Shown here piece by piece: positions 9,328 through 18,879 of a stretch of 32,114 nt of DNA; within the stretch, counting starts at the first letter, position 1, and every line of letters begins with the position of its first letter. Source of the DNA: Candidatus Nanohaloarchaea archaeon (lineage in GTDB: Archaea; Nanohalarchaeota; Nanosalinia; Nanosalinales; Nanosalinaceae). The stretch lies in NCBI GenBank assembly GCA_042217585.1, contig JBDGSJ010000029.1, positions 1 to 32,114 of the forward strand. Reading direction: 5' to 3'. The translations under genes were made by a program, and so were the position numbers. The notes below the pieces were generated by a model. The model saw only the letters and a list, made by a program, of their open reading frames with translations, was not told where the DNA came from and made no database searches.

Positions 9328-9398
9328 GGTTCCGGAAGCAGGAAAACAGTCCAGATAACTGAAGCCTCAAGATAATAACTCTGGACGGGCTGGAAGCT

Positions 9399-10160
9399 TC
9401 AGGAATGCTTTTTCTTCTTTGACATGTAACCCATCCTCTCCTCGTATTCCTCTGTCGACATCAGCACAGGGTAGAAACTTTCCGGAGCCCTGAGTTCCTC
9501 TCCATCCTTCCTGGCGAAGACCTCGCCCTCGGCCACCTCGGCGAAGTTCTCGGCGACGAACTCGTATCCCTCTCCCTCAACCTCGTCATAGACCACGAAA
9601 AGATCGTGTCCTGATTCCTCGACATCTCCCTCTATCAGGTCCTCCGCCGCGAGGAACCTTCTCAGTATCTCGACGGCGTTCTCCTTCGCATCTTCAGAAC
9701 CCTTGAGACCGCATTCGACCGAGATGCCCTGGACGTGATCTATCATCCCTCCGGACTCGTAACTCATGTCGACAACTTTCTCCACTCCTGTCGCCTCCAC
9801 CAGCGGTATGGTCGAATCGTCGTACCGGGTGACTATAGCGAAGGGTTCCGGGTGCGAGAGGGTGGAGTGTAGGTCCAGGACCTTCATGCCCTCTATCTCG
9901 TCCATCATCCTGGCGGCAAGTTCCTGCTCGTGGAAAACACTTTCATCCGTCCCGGGAAAGGCGCGGTTCAGGTCTTCGTCCACGAACCTCTCACCTTTCT
10001 CGAGAGCCTCCTCGTTCGCGATTATGAACTTGACGGGTCCCAGGAACTCCTCGTTCTCCATGACCTCTTCCACGGCGTGCTTGCCGCAGAGCTCGTTCCC
10101 GTGGAGGCACGCAACCACGGCGTGGTCGGGCTCTCCCTCGCCAGCGATTTCTACTTTCAC
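9399..10160 (-). CDS. Succinylglutamate desuccinylase/aspartoacylase family (M14-like) hydrolase
   Basis: HGNE, DLNRAFPG, LDLHST, SVECG motifs. Confidence 0.88.
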   Translation of the reverse strand: MKVEIAGEGEPDHAVVACLHGNELCGKHAVEEVMENEEFLGPVKFIIANEEALEKGERFVDEDLNRAFPGTDESVFHEQELAARMMDEIEGMKVLDLHSTLSHPEPFAIVTRYDDSTIPLVEATGVEKVVDMSYESGGMIDHVQGISVECGLKGSEDAKENAVEILRRFLAAEDLIEGDVEESGHDLFVVYDEVEGEGYEFVAENFAEVAEGEVFARKDGEELRAPESFYPVLMSTEEYEERMGYMSKKKKHS

Positions 10161-10205
10161 TGTGTTATACTCTTCCTCGGAGTCCTTTAAGGTTTACCGA
10201 GACCG

Positions 10206-10964
10206 TCAAGATCCATCTGGAGAGCCACCCGCCAGTTCACTGGTTTTCTCCGTGATGTCACCTGACATTATCGCAGAGCCTATCAGACAGGCGTCCGCGC
10301 CCGACCCCATCATCCTCTCGACGTCCTCCCGGGTCTTCAGACCGCTCTCGGCGACCAGTGTCAGGTCCCCGGATGCTTTCGGCGCCAGTCTCTCCACGGT
10401 ACCGAGATCCACTTCAAGCTCTGAGAGGTCCCGGTTGTTGATGCCCAGTACCTCCGCATCGGTCTCCAGGGCTAACTCCAGCTCCTGCTCCGTGTGGACC
10501 TCGACCAGCGGCTGGAAACCCCTGTCCCTGGCCTCGCGGACCATCTCGCCGAGGTCGTCCACGAATCGGGCTATCAGCAAAACCATGTCTGCCTCCACCC
10601 TGTCCAGCTGGGAGGGCTCGAGAATGAAGTCCTTCCTCAGTACGGGGACGTCCACTGCATCCCTGACCCTCCGGAGCAGCCGGGCGGAACCTTTGAAGTG
10701 ATCCGGCTCAGTGAGGACGGAGATGGCGGCGGCCCCTCCCTCCACCATCTTCTCCGCGGCATGTACCAGGTCCTGCTCCTTCTCGTAGTCGGAGGTCGGA
10801 CTTGTCGGCTTGACCTCTGCGATGACAGGGTCCCTGCCGTCCATTCTGGCCTCCTCAAGTGCACCGCTGAGGTCGCGGGGATCGACGGAGACCCTTCCCT
10901 CCGGGGTGGACCGCTGGCGGGCGCTCCGGAGTATCTCCCGCACCCGCGGGTCGACATCGTCCAT
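10206..10964 (-). CDS. trpC: Indole-3-glycerol phosphate synthase
   Basis: [47 protein letters not shown]. Confidence 0.97.
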   Translation of the reverse strand: MDDVDPRVREILRSARQRSTPEGRVSVDPRDLSGALEEARMDGRDPVIAEVKPTSPTSDYEKEQDLVHAAEKMVEGGAAAISVLTEPDHFKGSARLLRRVRDAVDVPVLRKDFILEPSQLDRVEADMVLLIARFVDDLGEMVREARDRGFQPLVEVHTEQELELALETDAEVLGINNRDLSELEVDLGTVERLAPKASGDLTLVAESGLKTREDVERMMGSGADACLIGSAIMSGDITEKTSELAGGSPDGS

Positions 10965-11566
10965 CAGTCCTCACCTCCCGGTTCTCTGCGGTTCCTGTGC
11001 TCCCGGGCTCTCTCGACGAAGTTCTCTATCATTTCGTGGCCGTGAGAGGTCAGGATGCTCTCCGGGTGGAACTCGACGCCTTCCATCGGTCTCTCGGTGT
11101 GGCGGATACCCATCACAAGTCCGTCCGCCTCCGAGACGACCTCGAACTCCTCAGGCGTCTCCGAGACTATCAGCGAGTGGTACCTTCCGACGGGGAAACC
11201 CTGCGGGAGACCGTCGTATATCTCCTCGCCGTCGTGTTCCAGCGACGAGGTCTTACCGTGGACCGGTTCCGGCGCTCTATCGACCTCTCCGCCGAAAGCC
11301 TCTGCCATCGCCTGGTGTCCGAGGCAGACCCCGAGCATCGGGGTGTCGGAGAACTCCCTGATTATCTCAAGCATGTTGCCGGTGTCGGATTTCTTCGCGG
11401 GATGGCCCGGCCCGGGCGAAAGGACTATCGCGTCCGGATCTATCTCCCGCACCTCCTCCACGGTTACAGTGTTCTTCTCCACGACGAGGTCCTCCTCTTC
11501 CAGGCTGATGTACTCGACGAGGTTCCAGGTGAAGGAGTCGAAGTTGTCGACCATCAGGATCTTCAT
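10964..11566 (-). CDS. trpG: Anthranilate synthase component II
   Basis: [34 protein letters not shown]. Confidence 0.97.
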   Translation of the reverse strand: MKILMVDNFDSFTWNLVEYISLEEEDLVVEKNTVTVEEVREIDPDAIVLSPGPGHPAKKSDTGNMLEIIREFSDTPMLGVCLGHQAMAEAFGGEVDRAPEPVHGKTSSLEHDGEEIYDGLPQGFPVGRYHSLIVSETPEEFEVVSEADGLVMGIRHTERPMEGVEFHPESILTSHGHEMIENFVERAREHRNRREPGGED

Positions 11567-13125
11567 TCTTCCACCTCCAGCTCTTCAAGGGTGTCCAGAA
11601 GCGCACCCATCTTCTTCTCGGTCTCCTCGAACTCCTTCTCCGGCTCCGAGTCCGCCACTATGCCCCCGCCGGCCTGGACCGTCATCAGTTTCCTGTCCCC
11701 GATATGCCTGAAGCTTGCGGTCCTTATCGTGATCGCGAGGTCGCAGTCGACGAGCTTACCTGACCCTGAACTGCTGGAGTTCCAGGAGTAGTATCCGACG
11801 CCCCCTCCGTAGACACCACGGGGGCTCTGCTCAAGCCGGTCTATTATCTTCATGGCGCGGATCTTGGGAGCCCCGGAGAGAGTGCCCGCGGGGAAGATAG
11901 AACGCGTGGCGTCGAAGGCGTCCTTTCCCTCCCTCAGCTGGCCCGTGACCGTGGACTCCATGTGCTGGACGTGGGAGTACTGGACCACGGACATCAGCTC
12001 CTCCAGCTCGATGGTCCCGGGCTTCGAGACCCGTCTCACGTCGTTCCTCCCCAGGTCCACCAGCATGGAGTGCTCCGCCAGCTCCTTCTCATCGGAGAGC
12101 ATCTGTCCGGCCAGTCTGCGGTCCTCCACTGCGTTTTCACCACGGCCCACCGTTCCGGCTATAGGGTTCGTGCTGAGTTTCCCGTCGTCCACACTCAGCA
12201 GCGTCTCCGGGCTGGAACCGGCGACGGAGAAACCGTCGAACTCCAGCAGGTACATGTATGGAGAGGGGTTCAGCTCCCTGAGCTTCTCGTAGTACTCCCT
12301 GACGTCTCCGCGGACCTCGATCTCATGCTTCCTGGAGAGAACTGCCTGGAATATGTCCCCCTCCAGGATGTGCTCCCCGGCTTCCTCGACCATCTCGGCG
12401 TGCGGCTCCCTGTCGCCCGAGCTGTGGTCCAGGATCCTGAACCCTTCCCTGAAATCCGGTTCATGGTCCTCGACCTTCCGCTCCACTTCATCAAGAAGTT
12501 CCTCTGCCTCCCGGTACGCCTCTCCCGGGTCCTCGTCTACCATAGGCAGCACCACGAGCCGGACCTCGTCCTCCCTGTGGTCGAACACTATGTTCCTCGT
12601 GGAGAGGACGAACCGGGCGTCAGGAGTCTCTGACTCGCTCTCCCGGTCTATCCAGAGGTCGTTGACGACGTCATAGGCCAGGAATCCGACAAGACCTCCG
12701 GAGAAGACCTGCCGCCCGGATTCCTCGAACCCGTCAGGCGTCCTGTCCGGGAACGCCTCCCTTATCACGTCCAGCGTATCCCTGTCGTCCTTTATGCGGC
12801 CGTCTGGACCTACGCCCGGGAGCTCGATGTCCTCACCTCCGAGCCGCCTGAACTCGACCTCCCGGTCGTTAACGGTCAGGACCGCTTCCGGGTCGAAACC
12901 TATGAACGAGTACCTGTTCCTGTCACCGGTGTCGCCGGCATCCGCCTGCTTGATCTCGGATATCTCCTTCTCTGCGCTCTCCAGCAGGAAGGAGTAGTCC
13001 GTGCTGAGCGCGGAGTAGACCTGGAGAGGGTCCTCATCGATATCCAGAGGTGCCTCGAGCCGCACGACTTTACCTGGACCGGCTCTATCCCTGAACTCCT
13101 CCTCGGAGAGGTCGAACTCAGTCAC
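11563..13125 (-). CDS. trpE: Anthranilate synthase component I
   Basis: FLLESAE, NPSPYMY, SSPETL, PIAGT, EHSMLVDLGRND, FPAGTLSGAPK. Confidence 0.97.
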   Translation of the reverse strand: MTEFDLSEEEFRDRAGPGKVVRLEAPLDIDEDPLQVYSALSTDYSFLLESAEKEISEIKQADAGDTGDRNRYSFIGFDPEAVLTVNDREVEFRRLGGEDIELPGVGPDGRIKDDRDTLDVIREAFPDRTPDGFEESGRQVFSGGLVGFLAYDVVNDLWIDRESESETPDARFVLSTRNIVFDHREDEVRLVVLPMVDEDPGEAYREAEELLDEVERKVEDHEPDFREGFRILDHSSGDREPHAEMVEEAGEHILEGDIFQAVLSRKHEIEVRGDVREYYEKLRELNPSPYMYLLEFDGFSVAGSSPETLLSVDDGKLSTNPIAGTVGRGENAVEDRRLAGQMLSDEKELAEHSMLVDLGRNDVRRVSKPGTIELEELMSVVQYSHVQHMESTVTGQLREGKDAFDATRSIFPAGTLSGAPKIRAMKIIDRLEQSPRGVYGGGVGYYSWNSSSSGSGKLVDCDLAITIRTASFRHIGDRKLMTVQAGGGIVADSEPEKEFEETEKKMGALLDTLEELEVEE

Positions 13126-13748
13126 GGCGAAACACCCCTCGCGGAGCTCACGAAATCCTCTATCTTCTGGCTCTGCTTCTTTCCGTCCTCCTCGACTCCT
13201 GAGGAGACATCGACGGCGTCCGGGGAGACATCCTCTATCGCCTCCCCGACGTTCTCCGGGGTCAGTCCCCCGGCAAGTATGATCGGGACCTCTGCCTTCC
13301 GTGCGATCTCCGCGGCCTCACCGCGGTCGAACTCCTCGCCCGTGCCGCCGCGGCCTTTCTCCCCCGAGGAATCCAGCAGAAGAGCGTCCACAACCTCCTC
13401 GAACCTCTCTGCCTCCCGGGTCGACCCCACCTTCCGGACCAGGTCCGCAGGGATCTGCTGGCGGAGCTCTCTCACCTGGCCGGGGTCAAGGCCGGAGTGA
13501 ATCTGCAGGACATCCACTCCTGTCTCGCGGTATATCTTTTCCGCCTCCGGAACATCCTCCGGCATCGTGACCGCCACCGTAGAGATGAAAGGTGGTGTGT
13601 AACCGGCGAGTTCACGTGTCTCACCGGCATCGAGGTCTCTGTGGGTGTCAACCGGGACCTCTGTCACGAATCCGACGGCGTCTGCATTGGCTTTCACGGC
13701 CATGGATACCTCTTCCCGGGTCTTCAGGCCGCAGATCTTCACCCTCAC
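13122..13748 (-). CDS. trpF: Phosphoribosylanthranilate isomerase
   Basis: VKICGL, LQIH, GGTG, ILAGGLTPENV, VDVSSGVE. Confidence 0.96.
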   Translation of the reverse strand: MRVKICGLKTREEVSMAVKANADAVGFVTEVPVDTHRDLDAGETRELAGYTPPFISTVAVTMPEDVPEAEKIYRETGVDVLQIHSGLDPGQVRELRQQIPADLVRKVGSTREAERFEEVVDALLLDSSGEKGRGGTGEEFDRGEAAEIARKAEVPIILAGGLTPENVGEAIEDVSPDAVDVSSGVEEDGKKQSQKIEDFVSSARGVSP

Positions 13749-14746
13749 TGGTACTCCCTCATCTGGTCCAGCTTCTCGACGGTTTTCCCCTCTCTTATGG
13801 ACCGGCGGGCTATCTCGATCCCCTCCTGTATCGAGTCGGCCCTGCCGGAGACGTAGAGAGCGGCCCCGGTGTTCGCGAGTACGATATCCCTCTTCGCGCC
13901 GGTTTCCTCGCCGGAAAGTATCCTGCGGAGGTGCTCTGCGTTCTCCTCCGGCGGACCTCCCTCTATCTCGCTGACAGGGCTGGTATCGAGCCCCAGGTCG
14001 CCAGGCGCGATGCTGTACCTCTCCACGTCTTCCCCTGTCACCTCTGCGACCTCTGTCTCTCCGTGAACGGCTATCTCGTCCAGCCCTGAGCCGTGGACCA
14101 CGAGCGCCTTCTCGACGTCCATCATCGAGATAGCGCCCGCGATCCTGTCGACCAGTTCGGGGCTGTAGACCCCCACTACCTGTCCATCGACGTCGGCGGG
14201 GTTTGTGAGCGGTCCGAGGATGTTGAATACCGTCTCGATTCCGAGGTCCTTTCTCGGTCCTATCACCCTCTCCATCGCCGGGTGGAACACGGGTGCAAGC
14301 TGGAAACCTATGCCTACCTCCTCTATCACCGTCTCCACTCTCCCGGGCTCCGCACCTATCTCTATCCCGAGCTTTTCCAGGACATCGGCGCTCCCGCTCT
14401 TCGATGAGACCGAGTAGTTGCCATGCTTGGCGACCGAGGCTCCTGAGGCAGCGGCCACGATGGCGCTCGTGGTGGAGACGTTTATGGTGTCGTATTCGTC
14501 CCCTCCCGTCCCGCAGGTGTCTATCAGGCGGTCCCTGTCCGGATCTATCTTCTCGGCCTCCTCCCTCATCTTCCGGGCGAATCCTGCGATCTCCGCGTCG
14601 GTCTCCCCCTTCTGGCTCAGGCCTGCGAGCAGCGCCCCTATCTCAGCGTCAGATGCCCCCTCGAATACGTATTCGAGGGTCTCACTCGCCTCTTTTCTCG
14701 TAAGGTTTTTCCCGTTTACAGCTTTCTCGATTGTAGTGCTTGTCAT
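13745..14746 (-). CDS. trpD: Anthranilate phosphoribosyltransferase
   Basis: DTCGTGGD, NVSTT, KHGN, SGSADVLE, FNILGPLTNPA, GLDE. Confidence 0.97.
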   Translation of the reverse strand: MTSTTIEKAVNGKNLTRKEASETLEYVFEGASDAEIGALLAGLSQKGETDAEIAGFARKMREEAEKIDPDRDRLIDTCGTGGDEYDTINVSTTSAIVAAASGASVAKHGNYSVSSKSGSADVLEKLGIEIGAEPGRVETVIEEVGIGFQLAPVFHPAMERVIGPRKDLGIETVFNILGPLTNPADVDGQVVGVYSPELVDRIAGAISMMDVEKALVVHGSGLDEIAVHGETEVAEVTGEDVERYSIAPGDLGLDTSPVSEIEGGPPEENAEHLRRILSGEETGAKRDIVLANTGAALYVSGRADSIQEGIEIARRSIREGKTVEKLDQMREYQ

Positions 14747-15330
14747 TCTGATTCACCTCTGATCCTGGTCTCATTCTCCTCAACGACCACGCTGAAGCCT
14801 GTCTTGGGTTCCAGACCCGTCTCTTCCTTCACTTTCTCGATCCCTCCGAACTGGGGTTTCTGGCAGATAGTGACGATATCGACGATCTCCGCGCCGATAT
14901 CTCTGAGTATCTCCACCAGGTTCACCAGGGTTGATCCTGTGGAGACCAGGTCCTCAACTATGATCACCCTGTCACCCGGTTCTATACCGTTGACGTAGAT
15001 CGATCCCTCGGTGTAGCCGTTACTCATCCCTGTGTCGTGCTCCCCCTCGAGCTCGGAAGGGTAGAACTTGGCAAGGGAGAACGGAACACCGGTGCGGACC
15101 GATATGTGGGAGACAAGGATACCTCCACGGTCCTCCTCCCCGAGTATGACATCGGCCTCCTCGAACCCTCCCTCCTGTATCAGGAAATCACAGGCCGACT
15201 CGAAGAGTTCAGGTGAACACGCCGGTATCTGGTCCGTCAGCGGGTTCACCACGTACTCGTACTCTCCGGTCTCCTGGACCGGCTGGTCCTTCCAGCTCTC
15301 CTTCACTTTCTCGAGAGGGTCAGAAGTCAT
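14743..15330 (-). CDS. Type I purine phosphoribosyltransferase (adenine/hypoxanthine PRT-like)
   Basis: YEYVVNPLTD, PRPP-binding VIIVEDLVSTGST; start set at ATG 15330 behind a GGTGA SD, overlapping the trpA end. Confidence 0.8.
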   Translation of the reverse strand: MTSDPLEKVKESWKDQPVQETGEYEYVVNPLTDQIPACSPELFESACDFLIQEGGFEEADVILGEEDRGGILVSHISVRTGVPFSLAKFYPSELEGEHDTGMSNGYTEGSIYVNGIEPGDRVIIVEDLVSTGSTLVNLVEILRDIGAEIVDIVTICQKPQFGGIEKVKEETGLEPKTGFSVVVEENETRIRGESE

Positions 15331-16087
15331 CTCCATCACCTTCCACGGCGGATGAGACCTTTTCAGCGAGTTCACGCATCCCCTCAGGGCCGTCCTCCCT
15401 GTACCGGTCGATGAGGGCGCTACCCATTATGACGCCGTCAGCCCCCGAATCGATCGCCGTTCTCGCCTGTTCAGGTCCTGATATCCCGAAACCTATGCAC
15501 CGGGGGACATCCATACCTTCTGTCTTCTCCACGAGTCCTCTTGACTTGGATGAGAACTCGTCTCTCGCCCCTGTAGTCCCTTTCACGGAGACAAGGTAGG
15601 CAAACCCTTCGGTCATCTCCCCTATCGTCTCTATCCTTTCCTCCGGCGTGTTCTGGGACACCAGGAAGATGTGGTCCAGCGGGCTGTCCACGTCGGAGAA
15701 CTCCTCCCTGAACTCGCCGGGAGGCATGTCGGGTATTATCAGTCCTTCCACCCCTGCGCTATCGGCGTCGTCAACGAACTCCTGGTACCCGTAGCTGTAG
15801 ACCGTGTTGGCATACGCCAGCAATACTATCGGCGTGTCCCCGAACTCGGAGCTTATCTCGAAAACTTCATCTACAGTAGTTCCGGCCTGGAGGGCGGCGT
15901 GGTCAGCCTCCTTTATCGTCGGTCCGTCAGCCATCGGATCGCTGAACGGAACGCCGAGTTCGACCACGTCCGCACCTGAATCGATGAGCGCTCTCACCAT
16001 CTCCTTTGACCTTTCGACATCGGGGTAACCGGCGACGGTGAACGGGACGAATGACGGGTCCTCGAGCGCTTCCTCAATCGAACTCAA
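15320..16087 (-). CDS. trpA: Tryptophan synthase alpha chain
   Basis: [47 protein letters not shown] start at 16087 behind GGAGGTG. Confidence 0.95.
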   Translation of the reverse strand: MSSIEEALEDPSFVPFTVAGYPDVERSKEMVRALIDSGADVVELGVPFSDPMADGPTIKEADHAALQAGTTVDEVFEISSEFGDTPIVLLAYANTVYSYGYQEFVDDADSAGVEGLIIPDMPPGEFREEFSDVDSPLDHIFLVSQNTPEERIETIGEMTEGFAYLVSVKGTTGARDEFSSKSRGLVEKTEGMDVPRCIGFGISGPEQARTAIDSGADGVIMGSALIDRYREDGPEGMRELAEKVSSAVEGDGDDF

Positions 16088-17237
16088 GGCCTTCCACCTC
16101 CGCAACCGTGTCCATGTCCTTGTCTCCCCTTCCGGAGAGATTGACGACTATGGTCTCGTGTTCATCCGCGATCTGTTTCGTGAGCGCGACAGCGTGGGAG
16201 GACTCCAGTGCCGGAATGATGCCCTCCTCCTCGCAGAGGTCCCGGAAAGCGTCCATCGCCTCCTGGTCCGTGACAGGGCTGTACTCGGCCCTTCCCAGGA
16301 CCTTCATCTCGGAGTGCTCGGGACCGACACCGGGATAGTCCAGTCCCGCGGACACCGACTCGGTCTCCTCAATGTTCCCCTCGTCGTCCTGGAGCAGGTA
16401 GGACCTGAATCCCTGGAAGATGCCTGGCTCTCCTTCGGAGAGCGTCGCGGCGTTTCCACCTTCCTCCGGTCCGCCGGCCTCTGCTCCGTAGAAATCAACC
16501 TCCGTATCCCTGAACTCGTGGAAGAGGCCGAGCGCGTTGCTTCCTCCTCCGACGCAGGCGACCAGGGCGTCAGGTAGCTCTCCCTCCTTCTCCATCACCT
16601 GTCTCCGGGTCTCCTCCCCTATCACGCTCTGGAAGTACCGGACCATCTCCGGGAACGGTTCGGGACCGACAACGGAGCCTATCAGGTAGTGGGTGTCGTC
16701 CGAGTTCGCCACGTAGTCCTGGATGGCTGCGGTGACGGCGTCCTTCAGCGTCTCGGACCCTTCCTCGACCGGGTTCACCTCGGCCCCGCATTTCTCGATC
16801 CTTAGCGCGTTCATCTTCTGCCTCTCGACGTCCTTGCGACCCATGTATATCTCGACGTCCATGTCGAGGTAGGCTCCGGCCATCGCCGTCGCTATACCGT
16901 GCTGACCGGCCCCTGTCTCTGCGATCAGGCGGTCCTTGCCCATCCTTTTCGCGAGCAGGGCCTGGCCCAGCGTGTTGTTTATCTTGTGGGCTCCGCCGTG
17001 TAGGAGGTCCTCACGTTTCAGGTATATCTCCGCACCGTATTTCTCGGAGAGGTTCTCCGCGTGGTAGAGGTTCGTCGGTCTTCCCGCGTACTCCTCCAGG
17101 TGGCGCCGGAAATCCTCTCTGAACTCCTCGCTGTCCTTCGCCTCCTCGAACTCCTCCTGGAGTTCCTGGAGGACCGGGACGAGAAGCTCCGGCACGAACC
17201 TCCCACCGAACCGGGATTCCGCCTTCCCGGAGGTCAT
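16074..17237 (-). CDS. trpB: Tryptophan synthase beta chain
   Basis: [15 protein letters not shown] (PLP lysine), [37 protein letters not shown]. Confidence 0.98.
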   Translation of the reverse strand: MTSGKAESRFGGRFVPELLVPVLQELQEEFEEAKDSEEFREDFRRHLEEYAGRPTNLYHAENLSEKYGAEIYLKREDLLHGGAHKINNTLGQALLAKRMGKDRLIAETGAGQHGIATAMAGAYLDMDVEIYMGRKDVERQKMNALRIEKCGAEVNPVEEGSETLKDAVTAAIQDYVANSDDTHYLIGSVVGPEPFPEMVRYFQSVIGEETRRQVMEKEGELPDALVACVGGGSNALGLFHEFRDTEVDFYGAEAGGPEEGGNAATLSEGEPGIFQGFRSYLLQDDEGNIEETESVSAGLDYPGVGPEHSEMKVLGRAEYSPVTDQEAMDAFRDLCEEEGIIPALESSHAVALTKQIADEHETIVVNLSGRGDKDMDTVAEVEGLEFD

Positions 17238-17288
17238 CTACCTGCACCTCCGGACCTATCAGAAAAAGCATTGAGGTTATTCCTGGAT

Positions 17289-17372
17289 TTAGAGAACAGT
17301 TCCAGTGCTGGAGGACCAAAAACGTCCACCTTTCCGATCCTCCGCAGCGTATGCGAAGCCTGAACTTTTCAT
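17289..17372 (-). CDS. trpB proximal leader uORF MKSSGFAYAAEDRKGGRFWSSSTGTVL (27 aa)
   Basis: ATG 17372 preceded by AGGTGG; TAA 17291-17289; Trp codon 17318-17316; +1 frame ends in TGA 17236-17234 overlapping the trpB ATG. Confidence 0.8.
   Translation of the reverse strand: MKSSGFAYAAEDRKGGRFWSSSTGTVL
17316..17333 (-). promoter_or_regulatory. Putative +1 frameshift cassette, Trp sensor (AAA GGT GGA CGT TTT TGG)
   Basis: Conserved cassette, in frame with the leader ATG. Confidence 0.8.
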
Positions 17373-17406
17373 GAGTCTTTCCACCTACTACCAGAGTACT
17401 CGGAAA

Positions 17407-17425
17407 GCTTTAAATAGCTTAAAGC
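17407..17425. promoter_or_regulatory. Palindromic TATA/operator GCTTTAA-N5-TTAAAGC
   Basis: Perfect 7-bp inverted repeat; 17 nt identical to 9311-9327. Confidence 0.65.
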
Positions 17426-17583
17426 CTCCGAAAACCCTTCAAATCGCCACAAATAAGCCTGGAGAGGATAAAAACGGTTGAAAATGGCTGAAATATCGGT
17501 GTCGGAGCCATGAGGATCTGGAGACGGAGCTTATTCCCATGTAGTTCAGAAGAGAACGGTCAGTTGACCGGGCCGGAGGAAGC

Positions 17584-17601
17584 CCAAAAACGTCCACCCT
17601 T
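17584..17601 (-). promoter_or_regulatory. Putative +1 frameshift cassette, Trp sensor, second of the tandem pair
   Basis: AAG GGT GGA CGT TTT TGG lying 58 nt (19 codons + 1) downstream of the first copy, so in its +1 frame. Confidence 0.78.
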
Positions 17602-17617
17602 CAGATAGAAGCGGCTC

Positions 17618-17668
17618 TCACAGAGAACTGAGTTCCCGGGTCCAAAAACGTCCACCCTTCTGAGCCAT
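17618..17668 (-). CDS. trp operon distal leader uORF MAQKGGRFWTRELSSL (16 aa)
   Basis: ATG 17668, about 24 nt downstream of TTTAAAA (17698-17692), leaderless spacing; TGA 17620-17618. Confidence 0.78.
   Translation of the reverse strand: MAQKGGRFWTRELSSL
17642..17659 (-). promoter_or_regulatory. Putative +1 frameshift cassette, Trp sensor, first of the tandem pair
   Basis: AAG GGT GGA CGT TTT TGG in frame with ATG 17668. Confidence 0.8.
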
Positions 17669-17703
17669 ACCGGTACTTACCGCCTCCACTGTTTTAAACC
17701 TTT

Positions 17704-18852
17704 TCAGGAATCCCACTCGAGCTGTATGTCCGGCTCACCGGAAGGTAAATCCTCCCTCTCTCCGGGACCGTAGACCTTCCTGAACCCCACCATCTCTTTC
17801 GTTTTATCCCTCACCTGACTTCTCTGACTGGAGGCCGCGAGGACTGCCGATCCCATTGCCGCCGTATCGAGGTTCTCGGGCTCCCGGACCTTCCTCCCGA
17901 ATACCCCGGCCCTGATTCTGTTCCAGTTCTCCACGCTTTCTCCGCCGCCCGCTGTTATCTTCTCTCCCGCCCCTACCTCATCGAGCTTCGTCTTCATAGA
18001 TACTGCCTCCTCTCTCACCTTTTCCCTGCCAGGCATGGAGTCCTGGAACGGCGATGGAGCGTAAAAGGACCTGAGCCCCAGTCCATCGTAGTAGAAATCC
18101 TTGTTGGCGTCCTCCCCAGGCTTCAGGACGCTTATCTTCCTTGTGGTGCCGAAATCGACGGCCGTATCCCCTTCCCCGGTGAGCCCACAGCCGATGGCAG
18201 CGCATATCTCGTCCCACGGGCAGCTCACCACCCGGGCGTCCTGAAGCCCGAACTCCGAGCCTATCTCTCCCTCTGCCATCGTTCTTTCAGTGAAGTCGAT
18301 GGACCGGGGGAACAGCGACGACCGCATCCCGTGCTCCTCGCACAGCCTCTCGAGGTCCCCGTCGGGGAAGTCAAAGGAATTCCTCCTGAACTCACCAGTG
18401 AAAAGGTAGAAGACGTAATCCCTGGCATCAATCATGTATTCGGCCTCCTCGAGAGCCCCGGAGAAATTCTGTCTGAGCCAGCTGTAGTTCTGGCACAGCA
18501 TCCTTCTCCCGCCCTTGAGCCCGCTGAAATCCTGCTCCAGTTCCCCGCTCCGGCGGTCCATATAGGCCAACACGGGCGGGCTGATGGATTCTCCAGAGGA
18601 GTCAACGGGGAAAAAGGCTCCTCCGAGGCCTGTCACCGCTATCCGGTCTATCCCGCTCAATCCCGGATCCTCCTCGATCTTCTTCAGGTTCCTTTTCAGG
18701 GTCCTCCGCCAGTCACTGACCCGGTGCTCGGCGTATCCGTCACGTGGAGCGTGTACAGGAAGTTTCTCTCTTACACCGAAGACCTGTTCTCCATCCTGGC
18801 GGAAGACAAGGACCTTGCAGCTGCTTGATCCCAGGTCTACGGAGAGTATCAT
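17704..18852 (-). CDS. FGGY-family carbohydrate kinase, C-terminal domain shortened
   Basis: SVDLGSSSCK, IAVTG, YMDRRS, DYVFYLFTG, AGGG...WNRIRAGVFG...AAMGSAVLA; only 382 aa. Confidence 0.8.
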   Translation of the reverse strand: MILSVDLGSSSCKVLVFRQDGEQVFGVREKLPVHAPRDGYAEHRVSDWRRTLKRNLKKIEEDPGLSGIDRIAVTGLGGAFFPVDSSGESISPPVLAYMDRRSGELEQDFSGLKGGRRMLCQNYSWLRQNFSGALEEAEYMIDARDYVFYLFTGEFRRNSFDFPDGDLERLCEEHGMRSSLFPRSIDFTERTMAEGEIGSEFGLQDARVVSCPWDEICAAIGCGLTGEGDTAVDFGTTRKISVLKPGEDANKDFYYDGLGLRSFYAPSPFQDSMPGREKVREEAVSMKTKLDEVGAGEKITAGGGESVENWNRIRAGVFGRKVREPENLDTAAMGSAVLAASSQRSQVRDKTKEMVGFRKVYGPGEREDLPSGEPDIQLEWDS

Positions 18853-18879
18853 CTCTCTGGGCAGGTCTTCTCCCGCAGA

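Noticed and set aside
9122..9370. 82-aa ORF in the track as a real gene
   Set aside because: Basic, atypical composition and spans the promoter; only its 3' half is meaningful, as the +1 frame of the trpS leader.
17289..17372. Classical TrpL attenuator
   Set aside because: Single Trp codon, no clear alternative terminator/antiterminator hairpins, and it would not explain the nucleotide-level conservation or the +1-frame stop positions.
17584..17659. Mini CRISPR array or mobile-element ends
   Set aside because: Only two ~19-nt repeats, other copies are dispersed in gene leaders, and no cas or transposase genes are present.
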